A stretch of DNA of 64,000 bases from Octopus vulgaris (Eukaryota): NCBI GenBank assembly GCA_951406725.2, contig OX597838.1, positions 11,098,001-11,162,000 on the forward strand. The letters run 5' to 3'. Position numbers and translations under genes: made by a program. Below are positions 1-12,343 of the stretch, in pieces. Within the stretch, counting starts at the first letter, position 1; the number at the start of each line of letters is the position of its first letter. The notes beneath the pieces are model-generated. The model was not told the DNA's origin, searched no databases, and worked only from the letters and a program-made list of their open reading frames with translations.

Positions 1-1631
1 TACAATAAGAGCTCCAGTCTGCTTTATTCCAGTCAAAGTGGGCAGTTTCAAGATGGTTGTAGTTTTTGTTACAACCAATCAGAGGGAACTCACAAACTCA
101 CAACCGTAAGGTCAATGCTCTAACTGAGCCATGCACCTTCCAATTGTAAATGTATATGATACCATAACAGTATATTAAGGTTATAAGGCATGAATATGGG
201 GAGATAATAAGTGTCTGTACCTGAGCCTTAACACCCAAAAACATGTTTCAAATAAAAAGAAATTTACAAAAAGCTACCAAAATGAAACATCTAAAAATCT
301 CAATATTGCGTCACGTCTACTGTCAGAATTAATTGAGAGCTATACACCTTTTTATGAGACACATCATCATCATCATTACTTTGTACTAAGAATGTTTCAT
401 CTTCCACTCACTTCAAGTCAGTCTTTGGATATGTTTTACCAAAAATCCATCGATCTTTCTTGGAATTTCTTCTGAAATTTTTAGCACTTCAGAAGCTGTA
501 AAATCTATACATTTATCATTTTGCCCTGTAACTATTCAATAGTGGTGAGTTTCATGATTGAAAAAATCATGGAAAATTGGAAAATATTCATAACATTTAA
601 AATAGTGCAGTTTGTAAGCAGACATTTGTATAAACAGGCTTAACTCTGCACTGATAACCTATCTTTATCCTGACTGAACAATCTATTTTTAGTTTGACCA
701 CATTTTATCATGGAGTCTGCAAATTCCTATTCTATTGGGAATTCAACCAAACATCAAGTCAGAAATTCTCAGAAACACATCCTGGACAGTTTAAACCTTA
801 AATTTCTAGATGATAGAAACATTGCTAGACTAAGTGAGGACCTAAGTTATATAAAGCTTCAAGGCCTCTTGCTAAAACTTACAGTAGATCTCATAAAAAT
901 TTAAATCATCATCATTATTTTGATGTCTGCTTTTCCATGCTTGAATGGGTTATACAGCATTTACTGAGGCAGATTGTCAGTGGCTGGATGCTCTCCTGTT
1001 GCCAACCTTCACCTGTTTCCAAGCAAGGTACACACACCAGTTGTCATGGTGGTGGGGGACAAACTCAAACACACATGTATATATATCATGGGCTTCCATC
1101 TACCAAATCCACTTACAGTTTCCATCTACCAAATCTACACACAAGGCTTTGGTCAGCCTGAGGCTAGAGTAGAAGACACTTGCCATGCATTGGGACTGAA
1201 CCCTGAACCATCTGGTTGGGAAACAAAGCTTCTTACCACACAGCCATACCTGCACCTATGATAATCTGATGCTTTCATATGAAACAACAATAGAGATTAA
1301 CAAACTAACTACATGGCTGTGTGTTCAACTTTCAACAGTCATTGTTCTTCAGCCTTTAAATTGGGGAAATGTTTAAAAACATGAGGATGATAATGTTCAG
1401 CAGCTCACCTCCATACCACTGCTATTATCTCACCAACCTATCACCTTTATCTAGCGCTTAGCAACTCGTAACTGAATATTAACAAGGAAATAATTGAATA
1501 AATAAATGCATATGCATTAAAATACATCGGTATTGTTACGGCACAGACAGCGTGGTTAGTGCTTAAAAACAGAATTATCAAAGACTGTGGTTATAAGTTA
1601 CATAACACAGAAGCAGCCTTTTGTATCTCAC

Positions 1632-1654
1632 CGAATTTCCATATCCAAACCACA
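1632..1654 (-). CDS. Candidate 23-nt micro-exon
   Basis: Long polypyrimidine tract (ctccttcctttcccatcttttatctgtccgttctag|), then TGTGGTTTGGATATGGAAATTCG, then |gtgaga. No stop in any frame; phase 0 reads CGLDMEIR. Confidence 0.3.
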
Positions 1655-1941
1655 CTAGAACGGACAGATAAAAGATGGGAAAGGAAGGAGCCATGGAGAG
1701 ATAACGAGTGAGTCAATGCATATATAAAATACATGCTACATCTTTGTTTATTTTTTATATATATCATCATCATCATCATTATTATTATTTAACATGTTTT
1801 CCTTGCTGGTATGGGTTGGATGGTTTCACAGGAACTGAAAAGGCCAGAATCCACACCAGGTTCCATAGTCTGTTTTGGCTTGGTTCCTACAGCTGGGTGC
1901 CTTTCTTAACAATCAACCACTTTACAGTGTACAGAATGCTT

Positions 1942-2590
1942 TTTACATGGCACCAGCACCAGTACTTTTTACATGGCACCAGCACCAATATTTTTTACAT
2001 GGCACCAGCACCAATATTTTTTACATGGCACCAGCACCAATATTTTTTACATGGCACCAGCACCAATATTTTTTACATGGCACCAGCACCAATATTTTTA
2101 CATGGCACCAGCACCAATATTTTTTACATGGCACCAGCACCAATATTTTTTACATGGCACCAGCACCAATATTTTTTACATGGCACCAGCACCAATATTT
2201 TTTACATGGCACCAGCACCAATATTTTTTACATGGCACCAGCACCAATATTTTTTACATGGCACCAGCACCAATATTTTTTACATGGCACCAGCACCAAT
2301 ATTTTTTACATGGCACCAGCACCAATATTTTTTACATGGCACCAGCACCAGTGCATTTTACGTGGAACCAGCACTTTTTTAATGTGGCACCAACACTTTT
2401 TTTACACGGCACTAGCACTTTTTACGTGGCACCAGCAACAGTGCTTTTTTTTATACAAGGAACCATCACCACTGCTTTTCATGTGGCACCAGCACTACTG
2501 TTTTTTATGTGGAACCAGCACTACTGCTTTGATGTGGCACCAGCACTTTTTACATAGCACCAGCAACAATGGTTTTTTATGCGGCACCAA
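1942..2590. repeat. 26-bp minisatellite (ttttttacatggcaccagcaccaata)n inside a family D element
   Basis: About 16 near-identical units to ~2350, then degenerate units. The 26-aa periodicity in three overlapping ORFs reflects the 26-nt period. Confidence 0.95.
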
Positions 2591-3453
2591 TCAGATGTGG
2601 TTATACACCACTGGTCAGAATGTGCATCCTTGCATTGCTATAGCCTTCAAAAGATGCCACCCTGCTGGTTAGGTGGTAATACAACATTCCCTTAGAACAG
2701 GATGTCATTCCATCCCAGGGTACCTATTTAAAGCTGAGTGAAATGAAGTGTTTAGCTTGAAAATGCAATGCACTACCTGTCTGGAAATTGAAACCATGGT
2801 CTTGCAATCACGAGTACAACACCTTAATGAGTAAGCAATGTACCTTTATACACACACACACAGACAAACACATATATATTTATATTACATACATAGTTGC
2901 AAGATGGAAAGATTATATATATAGTAAAGGATGCATATTTGTTCTGAAATATTTTGTGTATCTAGCATAGTAGTTATTAACCAAAAACTTAGTAAAATTT
3001 AACTAAAGACCAACAATTCTAAAATTCAGAAGGCATCACTGTGCACCAAAAATATATTATATAGACCAAAACTTTAAAAAAAAAAAAAAAAAAAGAAAAT
3101 ATTTAATGACAAATTGAGAAACCATGTTGATTTTCCTACAAGCGCACTGGATACATTTTCCTCAGGCTTTTGAAGTTGTTTACCATTTTTGGTAACAGAA
3201 ACTTCTAAGATGTTCCAACTAAAATTTTGATTCTTTTATTTTTATACTTTTACTATTTCAGTCATCGGACCATGGTCATGCTGGGGCACTGCCTTGAATG
3301 GTTTTTAGTCAGTCATAATAACCCCAGTACTTATTTCAGTCTGGTGCATATTTTATTGATCCCTATTTGTTGGACTGCTAGATAATGCAACATAAAGGAA
3401 CACAGTATAAACAAAACAGGTTTTGAGCAGCTGAAAGCTGAAACAGATACATA

Positions 3454-3891
3454 AGAGAGTGGGCTAAAAGGTTCATAGGCTGACTATGAAGGAGTTGATA
3501 TTAGTGATGTGAAATCTTGTATGCATTAATTTCAACATTTCTTATTAATTGCTGCATTGTTTCTTTCCAGGTAAACTCACACCTCACTCTTCAAAGAAGA
3601 CTTTAAAAGTACCTAGTGGTGACTTTTCCTGAAAATGGGCAAACTTTAGTATCATGGTGTTATCAAGTACCTACAGAAAAAGGGTTTAGCCCCCAACAAA
3701 ATTCATATTAACATTGTTACTACATTAGGGGACGATGCCCCCAGCTTTATCAACAGTGCAAAATGGGCAGCTGAATTTAGGAGGGGAAGACAGAGTCTTG
3801 AAGATGACCCACCAAGGAAAACATTGATTATGCTATGCTCATGGCATGGTAATGGAAGACAGGTGACTGACTATAAATCAAATAGTCAATG

Positions 3892-3895
<4 letters not shown>
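3454..3895 (+). mobile_element. Mariner (Tc1/mariner) transposon 5' remnant
   Basis: Frameshifted translation VIKYLQKKGLAPNKIH..TLGDDAP/ALSTVQ/WAAEFRRGRQSLEDDP matches the mariner transposase N-terminal HTH region. Confidence 0.85.
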
Positions 3896-3924
<29 letters not shown>

Positions 3925-3927
<3 letters not shown>

Positions 3928-4335
3928 GCAGGAGTGGCTGTGTGGTAAGTAGCTTGCTTACCAACCACATGGTTCCGGGTTCAGCCCCACTGCGTGGCAT
4001 CTTGGGCAAGTGTCTTCTGCTATAGCCCCGGGCCGACCAAGGCCTTGTGAGTGGATTTGGTAGACGGAAACTGAAAGAAGCCTGTCATATATATGTATAT
4101 ATGTGTGTATGTATGTGTGTGTATATGTTTGCGTGTCTGTGTTTGTCCCCCTAGCATTGCTTGACAACCAATGCTGGTGTGTTTACGTCCCTGTCACTTA
4201 GCGGTTCGGAAAAGATACCGATAGAATAAGTACTGGGCTTACAAAGAATAAGTCCCGGGGTCGATTTGCTCGACTAAAGGCAGTACTCCAGCATGGCCGC
4301 AGTCAAATGACTGAAACAAGTAAAAGAGTAAAAGA

Positions 4336-4339
<4 letters not shown>
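3925..4339 (+). mobile_element. tRNA-headed SINE family A, full length
   Basis: A/B-box-like head (tggctgtgtggtaag..ggttcagccc), internal (TA/TG)n, tail (gtaaaaga)n. At least 10 near-identical copies in the window. Confidence 0.9.
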
Positions 4340-4412
<73 letters not shown>

Positions 4413-4429
4413 GTAATGTTCTGTGACAG

Positions 4430-4820
4430 AAAGATCAACAAAAAAAAGTACTCCCTTTTCCCCTTAATATAAAAACTAACATAGGTAAAAGATTCCTATT
4501 TCTTCTAGACAAACACTTTCCAGCAACTCACAGATACAGGAAAACATTTATTAAATTTTCTGTGAAGTTATCATATAGCTACTGCTCCAGTGTGAAGAGT
4601 ATCATTAGACGTGGTCAATACGTAGAACTTAAATCCACCTGTAACTGTCATGACCCAGGGTCCTGTCCATTTGACCCAAAATGTATGATTAAATCTGTCA
4701 TCTATGAGACAGAAGTTATTGCGACACTAAATGATAATACAATAGATAAGAAGGCTTATATTGGATTATGTGAAGGAGTATTTGAAAATTGCTATGCCAA
4801 TCACATAGTACAGACATATA
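4430..4820 (+). mobile_element. Penelope-like retroelement remnant (RT thumb/linker plus GIY-YIG endonuclease)
   Basis: Reads NIKTNIGKRFLFLLDKHFP..VKLSYS..CNCHDPGSCPFDPKC..SVIY..AYIGLCEGVFENCYANH, i.e. the Cys-rich linker and VIY/YIG motif of PLEs. Confidence 0.8.
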
Positions 4821-4947
4821 TATGGTAAATGAAAGACAGAAGATGGAATATATGAGATTTTTTATAAATCACGACAATTGTTTTGACACATCTAGCATCG
4901 ATCCCTTACGGATGGGACACTTAACAACTGGTTCAGCAGCATCCGGC

Positions 4948-5268
4948 TGAGCGAAAACACCTAAAGCTCCACGAGGCTCCGGCAGGGAAGGGGGGTGGCG
5001 ACCCCTGTTGTACTCTTTCGCTCCAACTTTCTCTCACTCTTTCTTCTTGTTTCTTGTCCCCGACTTCCTACGCAACCGCAGAGCCTGGATGCGCATTCAT
5101 CCATCCACCGATGCTCTCGGTGTCGGGGGTTTGACCTGCTTTCTCTTCAGCGGGTCTTACGAATAGCAAAAGACCATGTTTCGGACTTCTCCCATCTTGC
5201 GAGCTCTGGGACGAAGACCGTTCGCTCAACAGCAACAGCAGTGCAGCGGTGTCTCATTGGGTGATAAA
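4948..5268 (+). mobile_element. 5'-truncated SINE with a family C body and a different 3' tail
   Basis: gagcgaaaacacctaaagctccacgaggctccggcagg..actttctctcac matches the family C copies at 17752-18129 and 39402-39779; the sequence diverges after ~5055. Confidence 0.7.
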
Positions 5269-5277
5269 TAGATACAA

Positions 5278-5312
<35 letters not shown>

Positions 5313-5684
5313 ATATATGAACAGCAGGCTCAAAGTGAATGGAAACAATGGAAGAGAGAGACCAAGAAGGACTTGGGATGAAATGGGGGAAACTGATCTC
5401 AAACATATTGCATCTCATGGAGGAGGTGATAAAGGAATATGCTGACTGGCGATGTTTTTGGAGAAGATCTGACTGCAGCAGACACAACCAGTAGCCCACG
5501 CTTGTCACAAAATGCTGGTAGTGACATATATGTTCATACATATATGTTTGAGAATGTGTGAGGTGTGTGTGTAACTGGCACTCTGTTGGTAACTGCAACG
5601 AGGGTTCAAGTTGTTCTGATCAATTGAACAGCCACTTTGTGAAATTAACATACTGGTGGATAAGCACACCATAGACATCTGTAC

Positions 5685-5918
5685 TTATTTCTTTATTACC
5701 CACAAGGGGCTAAACACAGAGAGGACAAACAAGGACAGACAAACGGATTAAGTCGATTGTATCGACCCCAGTGCATAACTGGTACTTATTTAATCGACCC
5801 TGAAAGGATGAAAGGCAAAGTCGACCTCAGCGGAATTTGAACTCAGAACGTAGCGGCAGACGAAATACCGCTAAGCATTTCACCCGGCGCGCTAATGTTT
5901 CTGCCAGCTGGCCGGCTT
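5685..5918 (-). mobile_element. SINE family B inserted into an older family C copy
   Basis: Core gtcgactttgcctttcatcctttc.gggtcga..aataagtacc (resembles the MetaSINE/MESC domain as I recall it). Flanked by duplicated tagacat(c/g)tgtac. Confidence 0.85.
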
Positions 5919-6207
5919 TATCGTAGACATGTGTACCCTTAATATAGTTCTCAGGGAGATTCAGCATGACACAGGGTGTAACTAGGACGGCTCTTTGAAT
6001 TACAGGTACAACTTATTTTTGTCAGCTGTGTTGACTGCAGCTACATGAAATAGAGTGTCTTGTTCAAGGTCACAACATGCTGCTGAGAATCGACCTCATG
6101 ACCGTGAGCCAATTAAATGCCAGAGTATGACAAGAGCAAGGACATTCTTCAGTGCTAAAAATGTTGGCAAAAATCATATAATCCATATTGAAATAGAACA
6201 AGTCATT

Positions 6208-6240
<33 letters not shown>

Positions 6241-6291
6241 CACACACACACACACTCACACTCACACACACACACACAGATCTTCACTCAC

Positions 6292-6381
6292 CGATTCAGA
6301 TTCTTGGAGCTTCATTTCTAGTCGTTCAACGTTTTCTTCAAGTTGGTTATTTTTTAAAGTCGTATCCAACAACTCCGATTC
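6292..6381 (-). CDS. Internal coding exon (90 nt, phase 0/0), coiled-coil
   Basis: Acceptor tttttacag| and donor |gtgagt. Reads ESELLDTTLKNNQLEENVERLEMKLQESES and joins in frame to the 29733-29903 exon (..KTKQL|ESELL..). Confidence 0.8.
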
Positions 6382-6589
6382 CTGTAAAAATTGGAAAGGT
6401 AAACAAAGAACATAAGATAAATTAATTTTCAACAATTGAACTTGAAGTAGATAAAGCTATAAATAACGGTACATAAATATTGGATTAAAATAATCCTTTT
6501 GAATAGAAAATGTTGAAGGCTGCTCATGGGAGATAAAGATTTGGTTTTGTTTCGGTTTTCTCTCACCTTAATTCTTGGAATTCTTGGAT

Positions 6590-7275
6590 TAGAACTCAGA
6601 ATGTAAAGATGGATGAAATACTGCTAAGCATTTTGCCCAGTGTGCTAATGATTCTGCCAGCTCACTACCTTAATAATTATAATAATGGTTTCAAATTTTG
6701 CCACAAGGGCAACCATTTCAGAGGAGAGGACTAGTCAATTACATCGACCCCAGTGCTTCACTGGTACTTAATTTATCAACCCTGAAAGGATGAAAGGCAA
6801 AAGCAAAGGCAACCTCAGTGGAATTCGAACTGATACCATAGCAATAAGTGAAATACCACTAATAATTCTTGCTGCTCTAGGCATAAGCCCAAAACTCTGG
6901 GGGAGGGGGACTAGTCAATTACATTGATCCCCGTGTTAAACTGGTACTTAATTTTATAGACCCCAGAAAGAATGAAAGGCAAAGTTGATCTGAACAGAAT
7001 TTGAACCCAGAACGTAAATCCAAAAGAAATGCTGCTAAGCATATTGCCTGACATGCTCTCATGATTCTGCCAGCTTTTACTGTCTTTACATATTGGTTTC
7101 AAATTCTGGCACCACCAATATTAAAAGGATGAAACAAGTTGATTACATTGACCCCAGTGTTCAACTGAGACTTGTTTTATTGATCCCCAAAAGAATGATT
7201 GGTAAAAATCAACCTTGGCAGAATTTGAATTCAGAATGTTTTCCAGCGAGAGAAAATTCAGCTAAGCATTTTTGC
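6590..7275 (-). repeat. Tandem cluster of 3-4 degenerate SINE B-like copies
   Basis: Repeated blocks tacat(c/t)gaccccagtg..gaaaggatgaaaggcaaag..gaatttgaactcagaa. Confidence 0.75.
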
Positions 7276-9516
7276 CTAAATAATGCCAAAAAATAAAAAT
7301 TAAAATAAAAAACAGTAAGAAAACAATCCCAATCACATATAAAAAAAAAAACATATAGGAATTGATTGTCTTAACTATAAACAACTACAAATAAAAATAA
7401 AGAGGAAAAACCCAGTAAATTAGCATTAACTAACAAAGCTATTTTCACCAATAACTACTTCAGGATTATATAAAAAGGAAATTCTCGATATCTGACAGTT
7501 TAGAGCGAAACCAAATTAATTAGATACTGAAGCAATAAATCTCTGAAAGTTTTATAGTTTACAAATGAAAAGCTTTTTCTTCCTTTTTCCTTTTTTTTCT
7601 TTTTTGTTTTGGCTTTTGTTGTTTGTTTGATATTTCCATTCTGCTGCTGCCATCTACCTATCTAATTGGTGTTTGAATAAGGTTTCATATTTAGATACAG
7701 TTCAGTATGTTAGTAAATTGGTTATTGTCTATTAGCAATAAATTTTTTTTTTTTGCCTTGGCAAAAAGCTAAACGTTGTGGAGAGATGAGAAGACACAAA
7801 TCAACCACAAATATCTTACTGGTATTCATTTTTAACAGTCAAGCCTCATGAAATGAAAAGTCTATACCTTTTATTTCCTTTTATTTAAAAAAATTTTTTT
7901 TAGGCTATGTGGTAAGAAACCTGCCTCTCAACCATTTGGTTCCAGGTTCAGTCCACTGTATGGCACTTTTGTCTTCTATTATAGCCTCAGGCCGACCAAA
8001 GCCTTGTGAGTGAATTTAGTAGACAGAAACTGAAAGAAGCCTGTTGTATTATATGTTTGTGTATATGTGTGTGTCTTTGTCCCTCCATCACTGCTTGACA
8101 ACAGGTGTTGGTGTGTTTACGTCCCTGTACATATTTTGTTTTTATGCATGGTACTTATTGTATTGGTCTCTTTTGTTTTGCAGAACCACAGAACTATGGG
8201 GATGTAAAATAAACCAGCACCAGTTGTCAAGAGATGGAGGAGAGGCATGCACACACACACACACACACACACAATGGGCTTCCACATAATTTCCACCTAC
8301 CAAGTTCCCTCACAAGGCATTGATCAATCAAGGGCTATAGAGTATAAAATACTTTCCTAACCGCTGCAGAGTGGGATTGAACCCAAACCCATGTGGTTGC
8401 AAAGCAAGCTTCTTAGTCACACCACTGATTCGTGATATGTATGCTCTGGTTCTTAATAGTATCAATAAGTATCAATGAGTGATAGATTTTTGATTTCAAA
8501 AGTTTTTTTATGAACTGGAGAGAAATTAACTAAATAGAAGCAAAGCATCAGTCATTCACTCTGCTAGAAACAGTAGCCAAATTTCCCTGAAACCACACTT
8601 TATTATCTTAAACAAGGGAGACTACATAATATAAAAATATTCCTTAATATCCCTAAAAAACAGGATGGTCATGACTGAAATTCTTTTGATTGAAAGTCTA
8701 CTGAATCAGGGTTGGTCTGAAACCAAGGAACAACTTGGAGAACTTTTACATGGTTGTTTAATTTGATAGAGATAGCAGCCAAATTTCTATCAAGCCCCAC
8801 TTTACTACCTTAAACAAGAAAGAAAGCATAAGATAATGCATTCTCACATATTACTGCAATGATGGGATGGTCACAACTGGAATGTTTCTCATCATAGGTT
8901 TTTAGGGATTTTAAAAATTATATATTTCGTTTTTGGATTTGGTTTGCAAGATTCTTTATATGAGTTTGTGTGTTGAAGCATATTCTGTTGTGTCTGGGGA
9001 AAGTCATTTTCTTTTTGTGCCTTATAAGACTATTGAAAAGGTTGCAAGATGCAACGAAAATTTTCGGAAAATAAAAATAAGAAATAAGTGGACATTTTAC
9101 CGATGAGTGTATTAAAAGGAAATGACTCTCCCCAGACACAACAGAAAATTATATATGTTTTTCTTTTTCCCAGTCAAAGCCGAGCAGAAGTAACAAAACA
9201 ACATAACAGCCATTAATTTTTCTAGTTAAAAAAAACAACAAAATGGCTGGTACTGACCTCCACAAAAGGATGAAAAGCATAGTCAACCTTGGCAGAATTT
9301 GAACTCTGAACAGGAAGAGCCAGAAGCAATGTTAGTCTGCGGTTTGCTCAATGCACAAACAATTCAAAACAAAATGTTCTGATCTTTGATCTTTCAAGCA
9401 TGTTTGTTGCTGAGAGGAAATAATATTTCGTTGGATCTGTCTCTTGTTAAAACATCAAGTGGTTACCTCAGGATAGAGATCTAAGACATTAAGTAAAGTA
9501 ACCCAGTCAGAAAATT

Positions 9517-9651
9517 TCAAACCATTTCACAACACCACTCATCTAGAAAAGCCCCTAGCCATACGATGATCAAAAGAAAAATCAACAGGAAACCTAAATT
9601 GAAATTGCCTTTGCTTGCAAAGATCTGAAATAGTTGCTTCTCTGTAATGAT
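9517..9651 (-). CDS. Candidate alternative terminal exon with a hydrophobic (TM-like) segment
   Basis: T-rich tract plus ttcttcatgtccag| acceptor. Phase-0 reading IITEKQLFQIFASKGNFNLGFLLIFLLIIVWLGAFLDEWCCEMV*. T-rich DNA can read hydrophobic by chance. Confidence 0.3.
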   Translation of the reverse strand: MITEKQLFQIFASKGNFNLGFLLIFLLIIVWLGAFLDEWCCEMV

Positions 9652-10825
9652 CTGGACATGAAGAAAAATAAAATAAAATTAAAAAAACAAAATGTTTGAT
9701 TATTCTGCTCTAAGCAATGAAAATCTCAAGTGCTGTTCAGTCAAAGATAATTCTTTGACCTTCAATAGCACCATCCTAGCTACGCTCTTATATACACGTA
9801 AGATGTGGGCTACTATGAAGAGGATAGAACATTGATTGGTTGTGATGCAAAAGACTGTGGAAAATTCATGATAAGAATATCATTAATGATGTGATTGCAG
9901 AGTACCAAAAGCACAAGTCCTGTTGGGCTGGATGTGTCATAAGGTTCACAGACAACAGATGAACCCATGCAGTTGTCAAGTGGTACCCAAGAGATCAGAA
10001 AAGGCTGCTTGGAAGGCCCCACCCCCACAACAATAAGAAGACAATTTAGTCAAGCAATATGGATCAAGTTGGAAAAGATTGGCACAAGCAAGACAAAATG
10101 ACAAGTGCATTGTGACCAGTGGTGTGTAACGATATCTGATGGCCTGGTCGATACTGTGACACTGTGATTGTAGTTGACTGACCCCCCAGTCAGCTTCCCT
10201 TGAACAAACTTATACCACATCACCTTTCAATTGAAGAATCATTCAATTAAAATTCTCTCACCAGCAACCATGCGATCTTTACAAAAATCTTAACTAATCT
10301 AAGATTTAGAATGCAAAACAGGTCAAGGATATTTTAATCCTTTGCCTGTCCTGTGTATCACATGTGTTCATCATCATCATCATCATCATCATTTAACATT
10401 TGTTTTCTATCCTTATATGGATTGGGAAGAGCTGGCTGGGCTTCATGTCTGTTTTGCCATGGTTTTTATGGCTGGATGTCCATCTTAACCCCAACAGAGA
10501 GTACTGGATGCTTCTACGTAGAACTGGCACAAGTGCTATTACATGGCACTGGCATGGTTGCTTTTTACATGGTACCAGCATCTATGAGTCCGCAGGACAT
10601 AATTCCTTGACACACATGCATCGTATATGATACACGTTCCCAATTTTTTCAACGACCAGAGTCACTTGGGACTTATGAAAGAAAAGCTTTATATTACTCA
10701 GATTGTATGCAACATCGGGTGACTAAAAGCCTGAAAAGAAACAAGGACATTCAAGACAGGCAAAGTGTCAAAGATTTTAAGGAATGTGTTGAGTCAGTGA
10801 ATTGGCAGAATCATTAAAGCACTGA

Positions 10826-11176
10826 GAGCTCAAAATGAGAGCTCCTTATGAGAGCTCAAAATCTCTCGTGGAGGCGCCATCCAACCAAAATGCAAATATA
10901 TGGGAAACTACCACCTGTGTCATCTCTTGTGAAGGGTAGGAGAGTCCAGTTTGCTGGACATTGTTGTAGAGCTGAAAAAGAAGTAATTTCTACTCTTCTC
11001 CTCTGGAAGCCATCTACTCGCAATACCAGAGGGCGCACACTCTCCTACCCTGATGTAATCTCCAGGGATACAGGCATCCAGCAACAGGACCTCCGCAATG
11101 CTATGATGGACCGTGAAGTCTGGCGTAACATGGTAAATTCCATTGTCTCGACCACGGTCGAACAATGATGATGATG
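10826..11176 (+). mobile_element. 5'-truncated RTE-type LINE 3' end with (TGA)n tail and TSD
   Basis: ORF ..VKGRRVQFAGHCCRAEKE..LLLWKP..RGRTLSYPDVI..AMMDREVWRNMV matches the RTE C-terminus (GH..R, W.P, RGR, DR..W). TSD aaagcactga at 10816-10825 and 11177-11186. Confidence 0.9.
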
Positions 11177-11926
11177 AAAGCACTGAACAAAATGGTTGCA
11201 GAATTTAGTTATGACTTTTTATGTTCTGACATTCAATTCTGCCAAATTCAATATTGCTTTTTATCCTTGCTGGGGAGGGAGTAGGGTTGATAAAATACTA
11301 GTCAATATTAATCGTTAGCAACTTAATATTCCTATAAAGCATTTAAGATATTAATGGAATTGAATTGGTTTGCCCATGATCAGACCATTGCAGGACGAAG
11401 GCCTCAGCATGTCCCCTCTACCAAACATGGTCTGATGGGAAGGCCATGAATTTAAGCTTGAGATCAGCATGGCTTGGCAAAGAGTTGCACTTTTATGTTT
11501 ATACTCCTACCCTGGAGTGGTTAAGTTGATTTCACTGACCCCAATGTTCAACTGGTACTTATCATTCCTGAAAGGATGAAAAGCAAAGTCAACCCCAGTG
11601 GGAATTGAACTCAGAACATAAAGATGGATGAAACACCACTAAACATTTCTAATGCTAATAATTCTGAAGAAAGGATTTAGCTGCTATTTAGAGCAAATAC
11701 AAAACTATAAAGTTCCTTGTTTCATTGTTTTTAGGTAGCTTGGTCTGTTCTTCCTGGCTTTAGCTAGTCATAGTGGAAAAGAAAGTACTCTGTAAAGTGG
11801 CTGGTGTTAAGAAAGGCTGAAGAAACCATGTGGTTGCGAAGCAAGTTTCTTACTACACATCCACGCTTCTGAATACACCTTTCTGTTATCCAACTGTAGG
11901 GTTCAAATATCAGGTGAAAGGCTACT

Positions 11927-12134
11927 CTCTCTCTTTTACTTGTTTCAGTCATTTGACTGCGGCCATGCTGGAGCACCGCCTTTAATCGAGCAACTCGACC
12001 CCGGGACTTATTCTTTTGTAAGCCCAGTACTTATTCTATCGGTCTGTTTTGCCGAACCGCTAAGTAACGGGGACGTAAACACACCAGCATCAGTTGTCAA
12101 GCAATGCTAGGGGGACAAACACAGACACACAAAC

Positions 12135-12183
<49 letters not shown>

Positions 12184-12343
12184 TACGACGGGCTTCTTTC
12201 GGTTTCCGTCTACCAAATCCACTCACAAGGCATTGGTCGGCCCGAGGCTATAGTAGAAGACACTTGCCCAAGGTGCCATGCAGTGGGACTGAACCCGGGA
12301 CCATGTGGTTGGTTAGCAAGCTACTTACCACACAGCCACTCCT
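11927..12343 (-). mobile_element. SINE family A, full length
   Basis: Reverse complement of the 3925-4339 element. Confidence 0.9.

Noticed and set aside
412-495. Minus-strand exon with ttttacag| and |gtgagt (84 nt)
   Set aside because: All three frames from that acceptor contain a stop. It could be a terminal exon or use another acceptor, but this cannot be resolved from sequence alone.
1942-2350. 26-bp repeat as a CRISPR array or a repeat-protein gene (ORFs 1708-2672)
   Set aside because: Units are contiguous with no unique spacers, the context is eukaryotic, and all three frames are open only because the unit lacks stops.
3925-4000. tRNA genes at SINE heads (families A, B, C)
   Set aside because: A/B-box-like motifs continue into multi-copy SINE bodies; no complete cloverleaf is evident.
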